Source of the DNA: an uncultured virus (IMG/VR IMGVR_UViG_3300021142_000026)
Taxonomy: Duplodnaviria; Heunggongvirae; Uroviricota; Caudoviricetes
Length of the DNA stretch: 20,000 bases
IMG/VR virus record: IMGVR_UViG_3300021142_000026
Strand: one strand, 5' to 3'
Shown here: in pieces, positions 1 to 7,100 of the stretch
Numbering within the stretch: position 1 is the stretch's first letter
How the letters are laid out: every line of letters begins with the position of its first letter
Program-made: the position numbers and the translations under genes
The notes under the pieces: generated by a model
The model's database searches: none
Told to the model about the DNA's origin: nothing
Seen by the model: the letters and a program-made list of their open reading frames with translations, nothing else

Positions 1-115
1 CTCGGAAAACCATAGCTGGATGCCGAAGATATTCCCCTTCATCATCTGTCCAGTCACCGTTAAGTTGAGCGTACTTCCGTGCTTCTGCAATAGTTGCTTC
101 TTTACGGCCGGCCAT
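1..115 (-). CDS. 5' part of the gene downstream of the major capsid gene (hypothetical protein, truncated by the window edge)
   Basis: ATG at 115 preceded by GGAG-N6; reading frame is open to the window edge (MAGRKEATIAEARKYAQLNGDWTDDEGEYLRHPAMVFR...); not in the ORF track. Confidence 0.65.
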   Translation of the reverse strand, partial: MAGRKEATIAEARKYAQLNGDWTDDEGEYLRHPAMVFR

Positions 116-171
116 CTCACTCTCCAATGACTGAACAGATGATTAGGTAGTGGTTAGTAGAGCACTTACCC

Positions 172-1179
172 TTACGAGTAGTGTGCAATACCACACTGGT
201 TCAGATAGTCTGCACGGACACGCGGGAGCATGATGCAGAAGATCATGAAGTTCAGTTCAAAGCCACCGCGGTTTTCCCACTCAACCATCATAGGCTGAAT
301 GCCGTCGATGAGTTGGATCACGTCAGAGGTCAGTTGGACCATCAGCACGTTCGTACCAGTCATACGCGAGGTAGGAATGATACCATCGATGCCGGGGATC
401 TTCAGCAGACGCTCGAGGATCGTAACGTCGGCGTAGGTCTTGTAGTCTTCCGCCAGCGCATTGTAAACGTTGAGCGGAACAACCAGGACATACGGACCGA
501 ACATGTTCTTGGCCATCAGGGCGTTCTGCATGGCAATCGCATCCGCGATAACCTGAGTACCCGTGGCAGTCAGCCAAGAAGCAGTCACCGAACCGGTGTT
601 ACGATACGGCTGAGTCATCAGACCGTAGATAGCACCAATCGACGCACCGATAGTCATGCCGTTGAAGATGATCTGTTCAACCATTTCGGCGATCTTGCGG
701 GTAGCAATTTCAGCCTGCGTGGTGTCCAGAGGCATCCCACCGCGACGAGTGATCGCCAGGGTACGAGCGTCCATCTGGAACTCTTTGTGGATCATCGGGA
801 TCGGCATGGACTGGAAGTCGAAGTCGATTTCGTCCTTATCCGCTTCCGACAGGCCAGTCATAGTGACTTCAGCCGGGTTCATATCACCGGACCGTTGCCA
901 TTGCAGCTGGATAACGCCAAGAGCGTTCGGGATCGGATAGGTCAGACCGCGCGACATCAGCAGGTTGGCCATGATCAGACGTTCACGGGCAATCTGGATG
1001 ATGACGTTGTCGAACAGCTTCCATTCATCATACAGGAGAACGTTGTTCGTCCGCAGGGCTTGCGGGTCGAAGTTGTTCTCCATGAGGGTGCGCAGCTGCG
1101 AGCCACCACCCAGAGCCTTCGATGCACCACCTTGGTTAAGGACGGTCACCGTGGCATCAGAACGAGTATTTCCGAACAT
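172..1179 (-). CDS. Major capsid protein, HK97 fold (Linocin_M18/encapsulin-like phage capsid type)
   Basis: 335 aa; strong SD AGGAGG; motifs LLYDEWKLFD..II, PIPMIHKEFQMDARTL, PLDTTQAEIATRKIAEMVEQIIFNG, IYGLMTQP, FGPYVLVVP; lies after the protease and decoration genes. Confidence 0.9.
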   Translation of the reverse strand: MFGNTRSDATVTVLNQGGASKALGGGSQLRTLMENNFDPQALRTNNVLLYDEWKLFDNVIIQIARERLIMANLLMSRGLTYPIPNALGVIQLQWQRSGDMNPAEVTMTGLSEADKDEIDFDFQSMPIPMIHKEFQMDARTLAITRRGGMPLDTTQAEIATRKIAEMVEQIIFNGMTIGASIGAIYGLMTQPYRNTGSVTASWLTATGTQVIADAIAMQNALMAKNMFGPYVLVVPLNVYNALAEDYKTYADVTILERLLKIPGIDGIIPTSRMTGTNVLMVQLTSDVIQLIDGIQPMMVEWENRGGFELNFMIFCIMLPRVRADYLNQCGIAHYS

Positions 1180-1232
1180 ATTGTCCCTCCTAAGGACTAG
1201 CTAATGAGCCTATCAACTAGGCGGGCGAACTA

Positions 1233-2048
1233 CTAGTTCAGAACGCGGACGCGGATCTGCTGAGCCTGAGCGATCTGGGAAGTAGCACCCAGAGCTTGGA
1301 ACTGGGCATTACCCGAACCACCATCTTGACCAGCAGCCAGCAGGGTCTGGGCGATAACACCAACCAGACCAGCACCCGTACCAACCGCAGTGGCAGTCAC
1401 GAGAGCAGCAGCAGCAGCGTTGGCAACGATCTGGGCAACAATGGCAGTAGCCGAAGTCGAACCAGTTTGCGGAGTCACGACAATGTCTTGACCATTGTTA
1501 ACAGCAATCGCAGCAGTACCAGCCGCCAGGATCTGGATCGAGATGCTGTTACCAGCCGCACCACCCTTAACGGCAACGAGGTTGATACCACCGTTGGAAA
1601 CACCGCTGTTGATCGTAACAGCCGCCTTATCACCGTTGGCAACAGTGTATTCACGGAGGTTACCTGCACCATCGGATTCCAGGAAGTCACCGAAAGCGAC
1701 GGCAGTGGCGTTGGCAGCAAGCCAGGCCAGGAATTCAACACCCGGCTGCAGAGCCGCATATTGAACCGTGGCGTTAGCAGGCCAAGCGGTCGAGATGTTC
1801 GGAGTCAGAGCGTTGTTCGGCGCCCAGAAGTTTTCCAGAGCCACCAGAGCCGTAACACGACCGGTCAGCGCTTGAGGCTGAATGGTGGTCGTGTACAGAG
1901 GAGCAAAGGCCTGACCAGACGGAGAAGTCGTAGTCTGGCTAGAACCGGTTTCCTGAACCAGTTGGCCAGGAAGCAGCGTGGCAACGGAAACGACACCTTC
2001 CTTGTAGACGACTTCCGAATTACCACGAAGGATGACACGTTGAGACAT
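1233..2048 (-). CDS. Head decoration (capsid cement) protein with an inserted extra domain
   Basis: 271 aa between protease and MCP; cement-like motifs LLPGQLV, ALEN, GDFLESDGAGNLR and C-terminal IRVRV; Ala/Gly-rich insert at about aa 139-243. Confidence 0.7.
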   Translation of the reverse strand: MSQRVILRGNSEVVYKEGVVSVATLLPGQLVQETGSSQTTTSPSGQAFAPLYTTTIQPQALTGRVTALVALENFWAPNNALTPNISTAWPANATVQYAALQPGVEFLAWLAANATAVAFGDFLESDGAGNLREYTVANGDKAAVTINSGVSNGGINLVAVKGGAAGNSISIQILAAGTAAIAVNNGQDIVVTPQTGSTSATAIVAQIVANAAAAALVTATAVGTGAGLVGVIAQTLLAAGQDGGSGNAQFQALGATSQIAQAQQIRVRVLN

Positions 2049-2091
2049 AAGGTTCTCCTAGAGAGATGAGGGACGAGGCAGGACTACGATC

Positions 2092-3702
2092 TTAGTGCTT
2101 CCAGGTACCCACGCGATGAGCCGCCTTAGTGTCTCCAGTCAGTGCACGAGTCACCGGAGGAGCACCAAACTTTGTGGCAGCTTGATTGCGCTGTTCATCA
2201 GCACCACCAACCGCCGAATCATCGGTGGAGGCAGCAAAGACTTGCGGCGCCACGGGAGCAGGACGACCGAGGAAGGCTTGACCTTCGTTGACCGCAATGG
2301 TCGGTTCCGCAGTCTTAGCCAGAGCAGCGATACCTTCCAGAACTTCATTGTCCATCGAGTCAAGAGCCGCATCCGAGAAGGTATTGGACTTGTTGGCTTT
2401 GATCGAGGCAATGAGAGCGGCCTTGCGCGAAGCATTAGCCTTCAGGCCATCTTCAATCATCTTACGCAGGGCAGGCGGAACAGTCGCCAGATAGTCTTCC
2501 ATCGACGGAGGCGCCGAAGAGGCGTTGACGACGGGAGCTTCGACGGCAGGAGCAGAGACCGCGGCAGCAGCAGACTGAGCCGGATCGGTGTTGTTCGTGG
2601 TCATAGGAACACCTTCATTTGCAATGACCGTGGTGTCTTCGGTCGGTTCAACACCATTGTTCACACCACCCTCCTCACTGACCTTAGGGGCAGGAAGGAT
2701 GGAAGTGAGAAGCATCACCGGCTCAGGTTCACCAGTGAATTCAACGTCTCCGGTCTCGTCCATCGTGTAAGTGACGGAGAAAAGCGAAGATTCCCAATCT
2801 TGGTTGTAACCTTGCACAACCGCAGTATCGGAGGTAGCATCAACCAGATAAACATACTGGAGATCAGAGAACTTGACCTTTACGGCCTGTCCAAGAATAT
2901 TGCGGGCGTCAGAGGCCAGGATCGTAGAGGCAACGGCGTTGCTCTTGAAGTTGGCCATCGCGCTTTGAAGGACCTTCTCAACCACAGTGGCCGGAAGCAG
3001 TTGGGGGACTTCAACAGCCGAAGCAGTAAGAACAACACCAGTAGCTTGTGTGGCGTTAGCGTTCTCTGTCTGGCAAGTGCATTGCGCGTTAGTTGACATA
3101 GTGACCTCGCTTGCTGCGTTGAGGCGTGGAGCACCACAGCCGTTCTCAATCGAACATGCCCCGAGGACGCCATCTGACAGCATGGCCAGGTGATCAGAGT
3201 TGATGTTCGCCCATTTTGCCGTATACTTCTGTCCTCTAAAGGTACCAGCCTCAGGAATCACATCACAAAAGAGGCCTGTGCTAACCTCAACAACCTTACC
3301 CGAATTTATCCGGTCGACGACATCTTGGAACTCACCACCAAGCTCTTGAGCACGTGCGGTATCGATCCAAGCCTCCAGCTTCAGGGAGGAGTCATCATAG
3401 TAGGCATTGAAGACATATCCGAAAGCCCAATCTTCCATGACCTTAGGATGATTGGCAGAAACGAATGCACCCTGAATCTGCGGATGGTTCATCACAATCG
3501 GACGACCGTTCCACTTAGCAGGCAAACTCTCAAGGGCGGAGGAAGGGCAAAACTCTGGCGACGAAGCATTCGCACCAAAGAGGACACCTTCCTTCAACGC
3601 CACAACGGGGACAACCAGGTATTCACGTCCCGAGAAGCTCTCGGTCCGGATGAGAGACGTATTCGAGTCCGTCTGAACTCTAATTTCTCTAAGTTGTGCC
3701 AT
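2092..3702 (-). CDS. Prohead maturation protease (DUF2213 family) fused to a scaffold region
   Basis: Motifs GREYLVVPVVALKEGV, WNGRPIVMNHP, VEVSTGL, DHLAML..GVLGACSIENGCG; C-terminal low-complexity and helical scaffold-like part. Start moved from GTG 3756 to ATG 3702 because a promoter occupies 3709-3737. Confidence 0.85.
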   Translation of the reverse strand: MAQLREIRVQTDSNTSLIRTESFSGREYLVVPVVALKEGVLFGANASSPEFCPSSALESLPAKWNGRPIVMNHPQIQGAFVSANHPKVMEDWAFGYVFNAYYDDSSLKLEAWIDTARAQELGGEFQDVVDRINSGKVVEVSTGLFCDVIPEAGTFRGQKYTAKWANINSDHLAMLSDGVLGACSIENGCGAPRLNAASEVTMSTNAQCTCQTENANATQATGVVLTASAVEVPQLLPATVVEKVLQSAMANFKSNAVASTILASDARNILGQAVKVKFSDLQYVYLVDATSDTAVVQGYNQDWESSLFSVTYTMDETGDVEFTGEPEPVMLLTSILPAPKVSEEGGVNNGVEPTEDTTVIANEGVPMTTNNTDPAQSAAAAVSAPAVEAPVVNASSAPPSMEDYLATVPPALRKMIEDGLKANASRKAALIASIKANKSNTFSDAALDSMDNEVLEGIAALAKTAEPTIAVNEGQAFLGRPAPVAPQVFAASTDDSAVGGADEQRNQAATKFGAPPVTRALTGDTKAAHRVGTWKH

Positions 3703-3708
3703 GTTCTC

Positions 3709-3737
3709 ATTATACCGTTTGATGTTTAGGAAATCAA
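3709..3737 (-). promoter_or_regulatory. Sigma70-type promoter for the protease-decoration-capsid genes, probably giving a leaderless mRNA
   Basis: Minus strand TTGATT-N17-TATAAT, followed by only 6 nt (GAGAAC) before the ATG at 3702. Confidence 0.7.
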
Positions 3738-3780
3738 GACCCAGAAATCTGGTCACACTTATATTTAGTTGACCAGCCTC

Positions 3781-4140
3781 TTAGAATCCCCAAGGGAACA
3801 TAGTACGTTTCACCGTCCACGGACCTTCATTATAATCCACAACCGATCCATCATTAAGCTTAATCCGGAGGGTATATTCATAAGTCCCAGGAATTGCATT
3901 ATAAGCATATTGCTGAGCCTTCGGAATGGTGAGGACACTCTTACCCAAAGTGTTAGGGCTTAAAATGGCAACAGTGACAGCCGTATAAGGAATCACCACT
4001 ACACCTTTAGGAGTTCCAACCTGCAGATAGATTGTAGCACCTGTCAAGTCTTGAGGTGTGATACCGTCGGACTGATACGCCTGGTGATTGATAATCCAGT
4101 CCTGACCAGAATTTACGGTCACTGGTACAAAGTTAGACAT
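3781..4140 (-). CDS. BppU-N/LtfC-like beta-sandwich virion adaptor protein
   Basis: 119 aa; pattern SGQDW..., DGITPQDLTGATIYLQV, G...LTIP..Q, GTYEYTLRI...DGSV....EG..TV typical of fibre-anchoring domains; SD GGAGG. Confidence 0.6.
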   Translation of the reverse strand: MSNFVPVTVNSGQDWIINHQAYQSDGITPQDLTGATIYLQVGTPKGVVVIPYTAVTVAILSPNTLGKSVLTIPKAQQYAYNAIPGTYEYTLRIKLNDGSVVDYNEGPWTVKRTMFPWGF

Positions 4141-4154
4141 GCCCTCTGCCCTCC

Positions 4155-7100
4155 TTAAATGGGGTTGTTGTCTTGGGAAGGCTCACCGGAGATGCTACTA
4201 ATCTGCCGGACGCCGTACATTTGAGTCACTCTAGGAATGCCAACGAGTTGAACAGTTTGACGTGTACCATATAGTTGAACCTGGTCAATCTTAGACTTAA
4301 AGGCCTGATAGAAGACAGTGAAGATATTAGAGACCTGAGTCACAGTATTAGTAAGAACCTTCGGGAAGGAACGATACACCACAGAGACCTGATTAGCAAT
4401 GGCCACATAAGTATGGGTATACCTCTTAGTTACAGAGGCAATGGGTGCTTGTAAGCTAAGTAGTGTACGACCAAGTTGCTTACCCAACACACTGACCTGA
4501 GTTGCAGTGCTAGTGAACGTATGACCAAAGGACTTAGTCAGTGTTGACACCTGGCTAGCAGTGGCAGTCAGCAGTCGAGGTGCAAACTTAGTTGCCACCA
4601 CGTTGGAGCTTTGCGAGGCCGTAGCAGCCTTAGTAGTGCCAACAGTCTTAATCAGGTTGCTTACTTGCTGCACATATTGGTAGACCAGCTTCTGCGTGTT
4701 GTTACGCACCAAACTAACCTGGTTGGCAATAGCCACAAGGGTCTTTCCAAATCCACGTGCAGTCGTGCTGATCTGAGTTACAGAGTAAGGAAGCAGCTTT
4801 TGCTGACCTTTGATGACCGTACTCACTTGCGTCACGTTGTAAGGGATAGCCTTCGTAATCCCTTTTTGCAGTGTGCTGACCTGAGAGACAAACAGGTAGT
4901 AGGTATGTGCAAGTTGCTTCTGTACTTTGGACGTTTGAGAGGCAGTTGCAATCAGAGTCTTACCAAAGACCTTGAAGAGACTAGACACTTGAGAAGCGGT
5001 AGCTACATAGGTGTGCACAAAGGCTTTAGATAAGGTAGACGTCTGAGTTGCTTGACCTGTAATAGTTTTTGTGATGCTGTTACATACAGAAGCAATAGGA
5101 CTATTGAGTACATAAAGGAATCGACCATAATTTCTGGTCAAAGTAGAGACTTGGTTTGCAGTAGCATATGCCACCTGAGAAATGGCACGCTTGGCAGTAG
5201 ACACCGACACTTGAGAGGCAGTAGCTGTCAAGAGTCTGATGTACTGGTGTCCTGCAATCAAGGTAGAAATCTGAGTTGCTGTCTTAGTAAAGATATGGGC
5301 ATACTGCTTAGTAACCGTAGAGGTCTGAGCAGCAGCATAACCTACCACCTTAGAGATGACATTGCTCAGCGTTGAGACCTGACTTGCAGTAGCTGCCAAC
5401 AGTCGGCTATAAGTACGACTTTGGTTAAGCACACTTACCTGAGAGCCAGTGGCCACAAGAGTCTTAGTAGTGCTCTTGCGGACAGTGGAGACTTGCGTAA
5501 CAGAGTTTGTCACGAACTTCGTGATCCCATTGGTCAGAGTCTTTGCACTGCCAACTGAATAAGGAATCAGCTTGGTGATGCTGTTACGCAGGGTAGAGAT
5601 TTGAGAACCCGTAGCAAACAGATTCTGAACCTTCAGCTTAATAGTAGTTATGGAGGAAACTTGTGTTGCGTTGGACGTAAAGGTATGGATCCATTGTTTG
5701 TAGGCGTTAGAGGCTTGTGTCACCGAGTAAGGCACAAACTTACTAATGGCATTACGTAGGCTAGAGATCTGGCTACCTGTAGCTACCAGATTCTTGCCGA
5801 ACACTTTGACAAACGTAGAGATCTGGTTGCCAGTAGCAGTCAGTGTCCTATAGAAGGTCTTGGAGGTAACAATGGTAGAGACTTGAGATGCCGTAGCCGC
5901 AGGAACCTTCTTCGTGATAGCATTCTGTAGGTTTTTAGCAGTATTTGCCGAGTAGGGTACAAACTTGCTAATGGCATTGGTCAGATTCTTCGTACTAGAA
6001 GCAGTAGCCACAAGTAACTTGCCTACAGGCTTCAAGATAGTGGAAACCTGAGAACCCGTAGCCAGCAGATTCTGGATATGCACCTTAATAGGTGTGGAGG
6101 TTGAAACCTGCGTTGCGGAGTTCGTGATGAACTTAGCAATGCCATTAGTCAGGTTCTTAGTAGTGTTCACGGAATAAGGGAACACATGGCCAAATTGCTT
6201 AACCATCACAGAGATCTGAGACCCTGTAGCTGTCAGAGTCACAAACCTGCTCTTGATAAGGTTAACAATAGAAACCTGTGCCACAGAATAAGGAATGCTC
6301 TTACTAATGGCATTGACAACCTTAGAGGTTTGAGCCAAAGAGTAAGGAACAAACTTAGTAATGCTGTTCTGCAAGTTCTTGGTCATATTTACAGAATAGG
6401 GGATAGTCTTACTAATGGCATTACGCAACACACTGATTTGGCTACCAATAGCAGTCAGGGTGATGAGGCGGCTCTTGATGGTGTTGACGCTGGAGACTTG
6501 CGATCCAGTTGCCTTGTAAATCGTGGCATACTGCTTAATGACAGTAGATACCTGACTAAAATTGTAGGGCACCTGCTTGCTAATGGCATTTGCCACTTTG
6601 GAGGTCTGAGATGCGGTAGCTACAACAACATGACCAAAATTCTTGGTAAAGCTGCTGATCTGGGAGCCTATTGCTGTCAGAGTTCTAAAGAACGTCTTGC
6701 TGGCGTTAAGAATGGAAGTCTGCGCGGCACTATAGGGAATTGCTTTAGAAGTTCCTTTTAACACAGTTGCAGGTGCTGAAGCATTGTTCAGCAAGTGTGT
6801 ACCAATAGCCTTCAGAATGATAGAGGTTTGGTTAGCTGTTGCTGTAAAGGTTCGAGAATACACAGTGCCACCACTACCAGCAATAAAGGTAGGTGTCGTC
6901 GTAGAGACCTGAGAACCAGTTGCTGCAGGCATCTGTGCACCAAATGCTTCTTGCACAGTTAAGCTAGTGATCGGTTGGCCAAGCCAAGGCATAGAAGGTC
7001 CAGTAGCTGCAGTACCAGACGTGGGTACATATCCAGTCGGGAAGGGATTAGCCTCAAGCTGAGGAAAGGCAAAGATGACCGTTGCTGCTGCGTTTGCAGA

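Noticed and set aside
172..1179. Encapsulin/bacteriocin interpretation of the capsid gene
   Set aside because: Context with terminase, portal, protease and decoration genes shows it is a phage capsid; no cargo gene is adjacent.
181..3729. Long plus-strand ORFs (181-1200, 1296-2069, 2095-3096, 3190-3729)
   Set aside because: Antisense shadows of well-supported minus-strand genes, expected from codon bias; no recognisable motifs or SD.
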